The notes below the pieces were generated by a model. The model was not told where the DNA came from and did no database searches. It worked only from the letters and a program-made list of their open reading frames with translations. Of a DNA stretch of 64,000 bases, positions 49,530 to 58,707 are shown piece after piece. Made by a program: the position numbers and the translations under genes. Position 1 is the first letter of the stretch. Each line of letters opens with the position of its first letter. The DNA is from an uncultured Chloroflexia bacterium (GTDB lineage: Bacteria > Chloroflexota > Limnocylindria > QHBO01): the NCBI GenBank assembly GCA_963825905.1, contig CAWGUL010000009.1:33687-97686 (forward strand). Direction: 5' to 3'.

Positions 49530-50155
49530 AGCCACCGGCGCCGGTCACGCTGGCCGGTCGCTTCGTCCGCCTCGAACCGCTGGGCGAGCGGCATCGCGCC
49601 GACCTCCAGGCGGCGGTCGCGGAGGATCCCCGGGCGATCAGCCTGGGGGCGATGCTGCTGACGCTCGGCCGCTGGGACGAGTGGCTCGGCGAGGCGCTGG
49701 CCGGCGTTGCTGACGGCCGCTACGTCGCCTGGGCGACGATGGCGCTCGACACCGGTCGCGCGATCGGCTCGACCCGCTTCGGTGACATCGATGTGCCGTC
49801 GGAGCGGGTGGAGATCGGGTGGACGTGGCTCGCACCCTCGCGCTGGCGGACACCGATCAACACCGAGGCGAAGCTGCTCCAGCTGGCCTATGCGTTCGAC
49901 GAGCTCGGTGCCGGACGGGTCGCGCTGAAGACCGATCTCCGCAACGCCCGCTCGCAGGCCGCCATCGAGCGCCTCGGCGCCACGAGGGAGGGTGTCCTGC
50001 GGCGCCACATGCGCCTGGCCGACGGTTTCATCCGCGACACCGTCTACTACTCGATCCTGGGCGACGAGTGGCCGCCGATCCGCGATCGGCTGACCGCGCG
50101 GCTGGAGGAAGCGGCACCTCAGCCGAGCCAGGCGACGGAGACGAGCTCCGCGTAG
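49526..50155 (+). CDS. GNAT (RimJ/RimL-like) acetyltransferase
   Basis: VEIGWTW, NTEAKLL.L.YAF, KTD.RN.RSQ.AIERLGA..EG.LR.H. Confidence 0.88.
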   Translation: MKPPAPVTLAGRFVRLEPLGERHRADLQAAVAEDPRAISLGAMLLTLGRWDEWLGEALAGVADGRYVAWATMALDTGRAIGSTRFGDIDVPSERVEIGWTWLAPSRWRTPINTEAKLLQLAYAFDELGAGRVALKTDLRNARSQAAIERLGATREGVLRRHMRLADGFIRDTVYYSILGDEWPPIRDRLTARLEEAAPQPSQATETSSA

Positions 50156-50889
50156 ATCGCCTCGACATCGGCCTCCACACCGTGACGTGCGAACCAGTCG
50201 CCCACGTTGGCGAGGTCGCGATGGAGGAGGTCGAAGGCATCGGTGTTGGTGGTGAACTCGACGGCCTGCGGCAGGTCGATGATGACGAGCCGCTCCTGCC
50301 ACCAGAGCAGGTTGTAGGCGGACAGGTCGGCATGGACGAGGCCGGCGGCGGTGAGCGTGCGCAGGTTGCCGACGAGCTGCGACCAGGCGACCGCGAGCGC
50401 GGCCGGCGTCAGACGCGCCTCGGCCAGCTTCGGGGCCGCTCGCGACTCGTCGCCGACGAATTCCATCATCAGCCCGAGCTCGGTCTGCTCGACCGGGTAT
50501 GGGACCGATGCGCCAGCCTTCCAGGCGCGGGTCAGCATCGACCATTCCTGCGCCGGCCACAGCTTCGCGGCCAGCTCGTGGCCGAAGCGGCTGCCGCCGA
50601 GGACGGCCTTCTTGTCGCGGGTCGGGAGGAACCAGCCGGCCTTGTAGATCGCGTCACCCCGATACGCGGTCGAGTTGCTGAAGCCCTCCTCGCGCAGCTG
50701 GCCCTTCGTCGGGTAGCGGGGGCGGTATCGCTTGTGGGCGAGCAGGCGCGGGCCGCTCCCGGCGAAGCGACGCTCCACCAGGAAGATCTCCGCCTCCTTG
50801 CCGGACTTGAGGGTGCCGCGCGGGATGTCCTCGTACGGCTCGCCATGGGGCCAGGAGAACGGTGCGCGCGGCTGGGTCGTGATGGACAC
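50119..50889 (-). CDS. RIO1-family atypical kinase/ATPase
   Basis: LKSGKEAEIF, VPYP, MEFVG, VHADLSAYNLL, IIDLPQ. Confidence 0.9.
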   Translation of the reverse strand: MSITTQPRAPFSWPHGEPYEDIPRGTLKSGKEAEIFLVERRFAGSGPRLLAHKRYRPRYPTKGQLREEGFSNSTAYRGDAIYKAGWFLPTRDKKAVLGGSRFGHELAAKLWPAQEWSMLTRAWKAGASVPYPVEQTELGLMMEFVGDESRAAPKLAEARLTPAALAVAWSQLVGNLRTLTAAGLVHADLSAYNLLWWQERLVIIDLPQAVEFTTNTDAFDLLHRDLANVGDWFARHGVEADVEAIYAELVSVAWLG

Positions 50890-50980
50890 GAAGAAGCGCT
50901 CCGAGTGTGGTGGGACTCATGGGTGGGTCGTCCCGACCGGCGGAGCGCTTCGAGCCTGGCCTCTCAGCGAGGCGAGATCG

Positions 50981-51028
50981 TCAGGCGTGCTCCGTGCGGC
51001 GGGGAGGGTCGGCAAAGGTGATCTGCAC
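50981..51028 (-). CDS. Putative leader peptide (MQITFADPPRRTEHA)
   Basis: GAGGAGG Shine-Dalgarno 7 nt before GTG. 16 codons, upstream of the RIO kinase. Confidence 0.45.
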   Translation of the reverse strand: MQITFADPPRRTEHA

Positions 51029-51131
51029 CGCTGTACCTCCTCGAACGCTGCTGCGATTGGCGTGCATGCCGTCGCGCACTATGCACCGCCGGGGCCGGCC
51101 AGGGCAAGCGTCGGGTCGTCGAGCGCAGGCG

Positions 51132-52533
51132 TCAGGCGTCGCGGTACGGCGCCCAGGGGTCGTAGTCGGGGTCCGGCTTCTCGTCAGGCGGACGGTCGCC
51201 CTCCGCCACGTTGCGCAAGTTGACCCGCACCCGGTACCAGAGCGACGAGCGGCCGCGCATGCCGTCGACGAGGACCTCCTCCTCCCGCACGTGCGCCGAT
51301 GCCTCGGGGTGGCGTGCCCGCCAACGCTCGAGCCCGGCGAGCGCCTCCTCCTTCGTTGCGGCCTGGGCGACGACCCGCAGCGGGGCGCTCGAGCGGCGAC
51401 GGCCGGTGGGGGAGACCGTTCCGTCCGCGCGACGGGCGGGTGGTGATGGGGTGGCCGGCGCAACCGAGCCGGCCCGGCCGCGCGGGGCGGTGGGATCGGT
51501 GGGCGTCAGGTCCGCCGGGTCCTGCATACGCCGCTTCGACGGCTGCACGCGCGGCGGCTCGCCCGGCTGCTTCACATAGTTCGGCGGCCAAGGTGCGTCG
51601 CCCTGGCCGGCCGCCTCGTCGCGCGTCACGAGCTCGAGCAGCGGCTCGAGCGAGAAGGCCCGCTCGTCGATCCCGGCGCCGACGTCGCCGAGGCGTGCGT
51701 ATCGGTCCGGCATGCTGCGGATCGTGAAGTCGCCGAGCTCCGCGTCGGGCACCTCGTCCCAGGTGAGCGGTGCGCTGACCGACGCGGCCGGGACGGGCCG
51801 AACCGAGTAGGCCGATGCCACGGTGCGGTCCTTCGCATTCTGGTTGTAGTCGAGGAAGACGCCGTGCCGCTCCTCCTTCCACCATTTGCTGGTCGCGATG
51901 TCCGGCGCGCGCCGTTCGACCTCGCGCGCCAGCGCCAGCGCGGAGCGCCGCACCTCGGAGAAGCCCCAGCGCGGCTCGATCCGGACGTAGACGTGGATGC
52001 CGCGCGAGCCGGACGTCTTCGGCCATGCGGTGTAGCCCAGCTCCTCCAGCACCTCGCGGACGACCAACGCCACCTTGCGCACGTCGGACCACGGCACCCC
52101 GGGGCCCGGATCGAGGTCGACGCGCAGCTCGTCCGGGTGCTCGAGATCGCCGGACGCGCACCGGGTGCGGGTTGAGGTCGATGCAGCCGAGGTTGATCGC
52201 CCACGCCAGCGCAGCGGGATTGTCGACCACCACCTCGTCCGCGGTGCGGCCCGACGGGAACGACAGCTCCACCGTGCGCACGTACGGCGGGACCGATTTC
52301 GGGGCGCGCTTCTGGAAGAATGCCTGCCCGGCGGCGCCGTCGACGAAGCGCTTCAGGGCCATCGGCCGGTCCATGACGCCCCGCAGCGCGCCGTCGGCCA
52401 CCGCCAGGTAGTACTCGACGAGCTCGCGCTTCGTCACGCCCAGCTCGGCGAAGAAGAGCTTGCCGGGGTTCGTGATCGTGACCTGGTGGCCGGCCAGCTC
52501 GAGCTCGAGCGGGGCCTCGCGTGCCGCTGCCAT
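51132..52533 (-). CDS. LigD-polymerase-like primase-polymerase (Prim-PolC) with C-terminal extension; frameshift at ~52155
   Basis: TNP.K.FF, KRF.DG..G..FFQKR, then HPDELRVDLDP, KTSGSRGIH, WWKEER.GVF.DYNQN..DRT.ASAYS. Confidence 0.88.
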
Positions 52534-52556
52534 GCGCGTACCGTAGCGCGCGGGGC

Positions 52557-53615
52557 ATGGCGATTGCGAGGACGGCGCACGGTATGGATCGCATCAGGGC
52601 CCTCGTCGCCAGGCTCGACGCCTGGAGCATGGCGCACCGCTGGCCGCGCATCGGGCGGCGCGCGCTCTCCGGCTTCCTCGCCCACGAGGCGCTCCAGTAC
52701 GCCGGCAGCATGGCCTACTTCTCGGTGCTTTCGCTGTTCCAGCTCCTGGTGCTCGGCGTCGTCATCTTCAGCCTCTTCCTGGGCCAGGGGGAGGCGCGCA
52801 GGTTCATCGTCGATCAGGTCAGCGCGGGCTCACCGCTCGATCCGACGACGGTTGGCGGGATCATCGACTCGGTCATCGCCGGTCGCGGCGGGATCGGCCT
52901 CATCGGAGCGCTGTTCCTGGGCTGGAGCGCGCTCGGCGTCTTCTCCGCCATGTCGGGCGGGATCAGCCGCGCCTTCGCCGCCTCGAAGCCGCGCGGCTTC
53001 CTCGCCGACAAGCTCATCGGCCTGGCGCTGATGGGGATCACGGGCGTCCTCGCCGTGGCGAGCCTCGTGGTCGGGATCGTGACCGGCATCTTGCAGGAGG
53101 CTGCGAACGGGGTCATGGGCGCGGTGCCGGGCGGGAGCGCGGCCATCGGGCTCATCGGCCTCGTCGTCCCGTTCCTGCTGATCTTTGTCGCCTTCCTGCT
53201 CATCTACCGCATCGTGCCGAACCGGCGCGTGACGCTGGGCGAGGTCTGGCCCGGCGCCCTGGTGGCGACGCTGCTGTGGACCGTCCTGCGATTCGGCTTC
53301 ACCTATTACGCGACGAACGTCGCGCGCTACGACTCCGCCTTCGGACCGATCTCGACCGCGGTGACGCTGCTCGTCTTCCTGTACTTCGCGAGCGTGATCA
53401 TCCTGCTCGGCGCGGAGGTGGCGCGTGCCGCCGCACTCGAGGACGATCCGGTCGTCACCATGGCCGCCGATCCCCGGTTCCTGCCGGTGGTGGTGCCTCC
53501 GCCCCCGCCGGTGAGCGTCCCGCCGCGACGCCGCCTGCCGTCCTGGCTGCTCCTCGCCGGCGGCGCGATCGCGGGTGCGGTGGCGGGCCGGCTCAGCTCG
53601 CGGCGCGACGACTGA
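52557..53615 (+). CDS. YihY/BrkB family membrane protein
   Basis: AG.MAYFSVLSLF, Y.IVPN, GAL.A.LLW, Y...FG.I....LL.FLY....ILLGAE. The start could also be 52584. Confidence 0.88.
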   Translation: MAIARTAHGMDRIRALVARLDAWSMAHRWPRIGRRALSGFLAHEALQYAGSMAYFSVLSLFQLLVLGVVIFSLFLGQGEARRFIVDQVSAGSPLDPTTVGGIIDSVIAGRGGIGLIGALFLGWSALGVFSAMSGGISRAFAASKPRGFLADKLIGLALMGITGVLAVASLVVGIVTGILQEAANGVMGAVPGGSAAIGLIGLVVPFLLIFVAFLLIYRIVPNRRVTLGEVWPGALVATLLWTVLRFGFTYYATNVARYDSAFGPISTAVTLLVFLYFASVIILLGAEVARAAALEDDPVVTMAADPRFLPVVVPPPPPVSVPPRRRLPSWLLLAGGAIAGAVAGRLSSRRDD

Positions 53616-53622
53616 CCGGCCG

Positions 53623-53662
53623 TGTGGAAAACGATCTCCACGAGTCCGATCGCTGTGGATAA
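53623..53662. promoter_or_regulatory. DnaA-box-like cluster
   Basis: TGTGGATAA (53654-62, consensus) and TGTGGAAAA (53623-31). Confidence 0.45.
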
Positions 53663-53790
53663 CTGGCGTCGCGGTACGACGGTGTAGTACATTCGGGCCC
53701 GTCACAGGCTGATACCGGCCGCCTAGCATCGGTGCGGTGAGCTTCTGGACATCGGGCACGAGAAGGGCAAGTGAAGACTCGGATCGCCGC

Positions 53791-55179
53791 ATGACACGAC
53801 GATCGCGCCTCACCGTCACCTTCGTGGCCCTTGTGGCGGTCGGGCTCAACGTCGTGTCAACGACTCCCCGTGACCCTGCCCTGGCCGCGGACCCATCCCT
53901 CGCACAAGCGCAGGCGCAGCAGCAGCAGCTGCGGCACCAGATCGCCGCGCAGCGCGCCCAGCTCGCCGAGCTCAGCGCGCAGTCGGCCACGCTCGGCCGT
54001 CAGCTCGACATCGCCAAGGCCCAGCTCGCCGACGTCACTGCCGAATACGAGCGCGTCAGCGGCCTGTGGGTGCAGGCAAAGGCGCAGGTCGCCGACATCA
54101 GGGCGCGCCTGGCCGACCTGCGGGCCGAGATCACGGCCCTCGACCGCCAGCTCACCCAGCTCGCAGCGGACATCCTCGCCAACCAGCGCGACCTCGACGC
54201 GCGCCAGGCGCTGCTCCAGCAGCACCTCCGCGATGCCTACGAGCAGAGCCAGACGTCACTGCTCGAGGTGCTGTTGCGCTCCGGCTCGCTCGACGAGGCC
54301 TCGACCCAGGTCGGCTACCTCCTCACCGTGTCGACCACCGACCAGCGCCTCGCCGACGAGATCCGCGCACTGCGCGACGAGCTCACCACGAAGCAGCGCT
54401 CGCTGAAGGAGGGTCGCGCGGCGCTGGACGAGGCGCGCGTGACGGCCGAGGCGCAGCAGAAGCTCCTCACCCAGCGCGAGGCCGATCTCAGCGCGGTGGC
54501 GAAGCGCCTCGCCCAGCTCAAGGCCGCAGCCGAGGAGAAGCGGCGCCAGCAGGAGGCCGCGCTCAACGCCGCCGCCGCCAGGGCCGGCAACACGCAGCAG
54601 GCGCTCGCGAACAGCGTCGCTCAGCAGCAGGCGGCGGACCGCCTGGTCCAGCAGCTCAAGGCGCAGGAAGCGGCGCGCCAGGCCGCGCTGGCCGAGGCGC
54701 GCCGTCGTGCCGCCGCCGAGGAGGAGGCGCGCCGCCGGGCGCAGCAGACATCGGCGCGCGGCTTTCGCTGGCCCGAGGCCGGCTTCCACGTCAACCAGGA
54801 GTTCGGGCCGACGAGCTTCGTCCTCGAGCCGCCCTACACGTATCGCGGCACCTACTACGCGCACTTCCACGCCGGCATCGACATCGCGACCGGCTGCGGT
54901 ACGCCGATCCTCGCCGCCGCCACCGGGGTGATCGCCGCGTCCGGCCAGCCGCTCATGCCGTGGGACACGGGCTACGGCGTCGTCATCGACCACGGCAACG
55001 GGATCCAGAGCTGGTACTGGCACCTCCAGCCACGCGTGATCGTCTATCCCGGCCAGCCGGTGACGATCGGCCAGGTCATCGGCTACGAGGGGACGACCGG
55101 CAACAGCACTGGCTGCCATCTCCACTTCGCGATCAACGAGAACGGCGGCTGGGAGAACCCGAGGTTCTTCCTGCCCTGA
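53791..55179 (+). CDS. Coiled-coil + M23 metallopeptidase (EnvC/CwlO-like murein hydrolase)
   Basis: Signal peptide, long Ala/Gln coiled coil, HAGID, G.TGNSTGCHLHF. Confidence 0.9.
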   Translation: MTRRSRLTVTFVALVAVGLNVVSTTPRDPALAADPSLAQAQAQQQQLRHQIAAQRAQLAELSAQSATLGRQLDIAKAQLADVTAEYERVSGLWVQAKAQVADIRARLADLRAEITALDRQLTQLAADILANQRDLDARQALLQQHLRDAYEQSQTSLLEVLLRSGSLDEASTQVGYLLTVSTTDQRLADEIRALRDELTTKQRSLKEGRAALDEARVTAEAQQKLLTQREADLSAVAKRLAQLKAAAEEKRRQQEAALNAAAARAGNTQQALANSVAQQQAADRLVQQLKAQEAARQAALAEARRRAAAEEEARRRAQQTSARGFRWPEAGFHVNQEFGPTSFVLEPPYTYRGTYYAHFHAGIDIATGCGTPILAAATGVIAASGQPLMPWDTGYGVVIDHGNGIQSWYWHLQPRVIVYPGQPVTIGQVIGYEGTTGNSTGCHLHFAINENGGWENPRFFLP

Positions 55180-57342
55180 TCAGGCGGTGACCGCCTCCGC
55201 ACCGCGCGCCACCGGCAGGTAGAGCCGGTCGACGTACTCGGTCAACATCCGGGCCGTGCTGAACTGCCACAGCGACGACCCGATGGCAGCGCGCATCGTG
55301 CCGACCCACTCGCGCGGCACCCCCTCGTCGTCGCGGGCGAAGTAGCGCGGCACGATCTCGTCCTCGAGGAGGCGGTAGATCTCCGCCGCGTCCGCGGCGT
55401 CCTGCTCCTCGTCGTCGCCATCGGGCGTGCGGTCGCCGATCGCCCAGCCGTTGTCGCCGTCCCAGCCCTCGTCCCACCAGCCGTCGAGGATGCTGACCGA
55501 TGGCACGCCGTTGATGGCCGCCTTCATCCCCGACGTCCCGGACGCCTCCATCGGTCGTCGCGGGTTGTTCAGCCACAGGTCCACGCCGCCGACCATGTAG
55601 CGCCCGACCCGCATGTCGTAGTCCTCGAGCATGAACACGCTGCCGCGCAGGTGCTCGTCCCGTGACAGTCCGAAGATGCGCTGGATGACGCGCTGGCCCG
55701 GGCGGTCCGCGGGGTGCGCCTTGCCGGCGATGATGATCTGCACCGGCCGATCGGGGTGGTGGAGGATGCGCGCGAGCCGCGCCTCGTCGCGGAACAGGAG
55801 GTCGGCACGCTTGTAGGTCGCGAAGCGCCGGGCGAAGCCAATGAGCAGCGCGTCAGGATGGATCGAGCGGCGGACCGCCCGCAGCGCGTCCGGTGACTCC
55901 CCGTGACGGGCGAACTGCCGCTCCAGGCGCCCCTCGAGGAACTCCGACAGCTCGCGCTTCTGCTGCTGATGGGCGCCCCACAGCTCGGCGTCGTCGACGC
56001 CGGCGAGGCGCTCGATCGGCTCCGGCCCGTTGAGGTCCGTGCCGAGCGAGGTGCCCATCGCCTGCTTGTAGAGGCGCCGAATCGGCCGGCCGAGCCAGGT
56101 GCTGACATGGACCCCGTTCGTGATCGCGTCGATCGGGTGGCCGGCGACCTCCTGCCACGTCTCGGTCGCGGTGCGGCCGTGCAGCTGGCTGACCGCGTTC
56201 GCGCGGGCGGCGTGGCGGAGCACGAACGCAGTCATGTCGAACGGCGCCTGCGGCTCATCGGTCCGGCCGCGACCGAGCTCGAACAGGCGCTCGGGTGGCA
56301 TGCCGGTGGCGGTGAACCAGGCCGCCAGGTCCCTCGCCAGCAGGCCGCGCTCGAAGACCTCGTTGCCGGCCGGCACGGGAGTATGGATCGTGAATGCGGA
56401 GCTGTGGCCGACCTCGCGCAGCGCGTCCTCCGGGTCGCGTCCGGGCTGCGCGTCGACGAGCTCGCGCGCGCGCTCGAGCAGCAGGAACGCGGAGTGGCCC
56501 TCGTTGAGGTGCCACACGGCGGGGTCGACGCCGATGGCGCGCAGCGCACGGACGCCGCCCATGCCGAGCACGATCTCCTGGCAGAGCCGCATCTCGCGGC
56601 CGCGGACATAGAGGATATGGGTGATCGGCCGGTCCGCCGGATCGTTGTCCGGCACGTCGGTGTCGAGGAGGAGGAGCGGGACGCGGCCCACCTGGGCAAC
56701 CCAGACGGCGGCGTGGACGTCGCGGCCGGGGAGGTCGACCTTGACCTGGAGCGGCAGCCCATCGCGGCCGCGGGCACGCCGCAGCGGTAGCTGGTCCGGG
56801 TCGATGTCCGGCTGGGCGTGCTCCTGGTGCCCGTCCGCGTCGATCTGCTGCCGGAAGTAGCCGCGCCGATAGAGGAGCCCCACCCCCACGAACGGGAGGG
56901 CCGCGTCGGACGCGGACTTCAGGTGGTCGCCGGCGAGGACGCCGAGGCCGCCGGAGTAGATCTGCATCGACTCGTGGATGCCGTACTCGGCGCAGAAGTA
57001 GGCGACCGGCCCGGGGAGCTGGCGATCGGGCCGCGTGCGGTACCAGCTGTCGGCACCGTTGTAGAGGTAGCGCTCGAACTCGTCGAGCAGACGGCTGACG
57101 TCGACCGTGAAGTCCTCGTCGGCGGCGAGCTGCGCCCAGCGCTCCGGTCCCACGCCGCGCAGCACCGGGATCGGGTTGCGGTAGCGGGTCCAGGCCGCGG
57201 CGTCGATCCGGGCGAAGAGCTGCGTCGCGCGCGGCGCCCAGGTCCACCACAGGTTGTAGGCGAGCTCGCCGAGGCGCTCGAAGGCAGGCGGGATCGCGAG
57301 GTCGTGCGCGGGCAGCGTCGGCACCCGAATGGAGGTCGACAT
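55180..57342 (-). CDS. glgP: Alpha-glucan (glycogen) phosphorylase
   Basis: YFCAEYG, YSGGLGVLAGD, HLNEGH, ITNGVH, ARRFATYKR, EASGTSGMK. Confidence 0.95.
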   Translation of the reverse strand: MSTSIRVPTLPAHDLAIPPAFERLGELAYNLWWTWAPRATQLFARIDAAAWTRYRNPIPVLRGVGPERWAQLAADEDFTVDVSRLLDEFERYLYNGADSWYRTRPDRQLPGPVAYFCAEYGIHESMQIYSGGLGVLAGDHLKSASDAALPFVGVGLLYRRGYFRQQIDADGHQEHAQPDIDPDQLPLRRARGRDGLPLQVKVDLPGRDVHAAVWVAQVGRVPLLLLDTDVPDNDPADRPITHILYVRGREMRLCQEIVLGMGGVRALRAIGVDPAVWHLNEGHSAFLLLERARELVDAQPGRDPEDALREVGHSSAFTIHTPVPAGNEVFERGLLARDLAAWFTATGMPPERLFELGRGRTDEPQAPFDMTAFVLRHAARANAVSQLHGRTATETWQEVAGHPIDAITNGVHVSTWLGRPIRRLYKQAMGTSLGTDLNGPEPIERLAGVDDAELWGAHQQQKRELSEFLEGRLERQFARHGESPDALRAVRRSIHPDALLIGFARRFATYKRADLLFRDEARLARILHHPDRPVQIIIAGKAHPADRPGQRVIQRIFGLSRDEHLRGSVFMLEDYDMRVGRYMVGGVDLWLNNPRRPMEASGTSGMKAAINGVPSVSILDGWWDEGWDGDNGWAIGDRTPDGDDEEQDAADAAEIYRLLEDEIVPRYFARDDEGVPREWVGTMRAAIGSSLWQFSTARMLTEYVDRLYLPVARGAEAVTA

Positions 57343-57402
57343 GGGCCACCGATGATACGGGACGCGGCGCGGCGTGATCGCGGCGCGCGTACCATCGGTC
57401 GC

Positions 57403-58674
57403 ATGACATCCCCGGTCGCACAGCGCGGGCTCGACGTCGCCGCCGCGCGCGACCATTTCCCGGCGCTGGCACGGAAGCACGCGGGTCGAGCAGCGGTCTA
57501 CCTCGACGGGCCGGGCGGGACCCAGGTGCCGCGCGAGTGCATCGACGCCATCGCGGCGCACCTCGCTGCCGGGAGCGCGAACACGCACGGCGCCTTCGAC
57601 GCCTCGCACGAGACCGATGCGGTCCTCGCCGAGGCGCACGCCGCGATGGCCGACTTCATCGGTGCGCACGATCCCGACGAGATCGTCTTCGGGCCGAACA
57701 TGACGACCCTCACCTTCTCGGTGAGCCGGGCGCTCGGTCGCGATCTGCTGCCGGGCGACGAGATCGTGCTGACCCGGCTCGACCACGACGGCAACGTGGC
57801 CCCGTGGCTCGCCGTCGCCGAGGACCACGGGGCGACGGTGCGGTGGGTCGACATCGACCCGGAGGACTGCACGCTCGATCTCGCGACGCTCGAGGCCGCG
57901 ATCAGCCCTTCCACCCGGATCGTCGCGATCGGTCTCGCCTCGAACGCGGTCGGGACCGTCAACGACGTCGGGCGGGCCATCGAGATCGCGCATGCCGCCG
58001 GTGCGATCGCCTACGTCGACGCGGTCCACGCCGCGCCCCACCTCCCGATCGACGTCGCCAACCTCCAGGCCGACCTCCTCGTCTGCTCCCCGTACAAGTT
58101 CTTCGCCCCGCACCTCGGGGCGCTGTACGGGCGGCGTGAGCTGCTCGAGCGCCTGACCGCCTATCGCGTGCGACCCGCCGGCGAGGCGATCCCCGGGAAG
58201 TGGGAGACCGGGACGCAGACCCACGAGCTACTCGCCGGACTCCTTGGGACGTTCGACTATCTCGCCGCCCTCGGCCGCGCCTACGGGGGCTCCGGTCAGG
58301 CCGACGATCGGCGGTCTGCCCTGCGCGCCGCCATGGCGGCGATCCACGGCTACGAGCGCGGCCTCATCGGTCCGGTCCTCGACGGCCTGGCCAACGTGCC
58401 CGGCCTCCGCCTCTACGGCATCACCGATCCCGCCCGCAGCGGCGAGCGAGTGCCGACCTTCGCCTTCAGCCTGGAGGGGCAGCATCCGCGCGCCGTCGCC
58501 GAGCAGCTCGGGGCGCGCGGCATCAGCGCGTGGGACGGCGACTACTACGCGTTCGAGCTCATGCGCCGGCTGGGGCTCGACGACTCGGGCGGGCTGGTTC
58601 GCATCGGTCTGGTCCACTACAACACCCTCGATGAGGTCGATCGGCTCATCGAGGCCCTGCGGGACATCGCCTGA
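57403..58674 (+). CDS. Cysteine desulfurase-like PLP protein (class V aminotransferase)
   Basis: YLDGPGGTQVP, LDHDGNV.PW, YVDAVH, CSPYKFF.PH.G, WETGT, RIGLVHYN. Confidence 0.9.
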   Translation: MTSPVAQRGLDVAAARDHFPALARKHAGRAAVYLDGPGGTQVPRECIDAIAAHLAAGSANTHGAFDASHETDAVLAEAHAAMADFIGAHDPDEIVFGPNMTTLTFSVSRALGRDLLPGDEIVLTRLDHDGNVAPWLAVAEDHGATVRWVDIDPEDCTLDLATLEAAISPSTRIVAIGLASNAVGTVNDVGRAIEIAHAAGAIAYVDAVHAAPHLPIDVANLQADLLVCSPYKFFAPHLGALYGRRELLERLTAYRVRPAGEAIPGKWETGTQTHELLAGLLGTFDYLAALGRAYGGSGQADDRRSALRAAMAAIHGYERGLIGPVLDGLANVPGLRLYGITDPARSGERVPTFAFSLEGQHPRAVAEQLGARGISAWDGDYYAFELMRRLGLDDSGGLVRIGLVHYNTLDEVDRLIEALRDIA

Positions 58675-58707
58675 GGTCAGGCAACGACGGGGTACGCTAT
58701 CGCTCCC

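Noticed and set aside
46630-52533. Ku-dependent NHEJ operon
   Set aside because: No ku gene or phosphoesterase domain. The sequences fit LigC and Prim-PolC.
55180-58224. 1014-aa phosphorylase with a long N-terminal extension
   Set aside because: The extension is antisense to the desulfurase-like gene. The real start is 57342.
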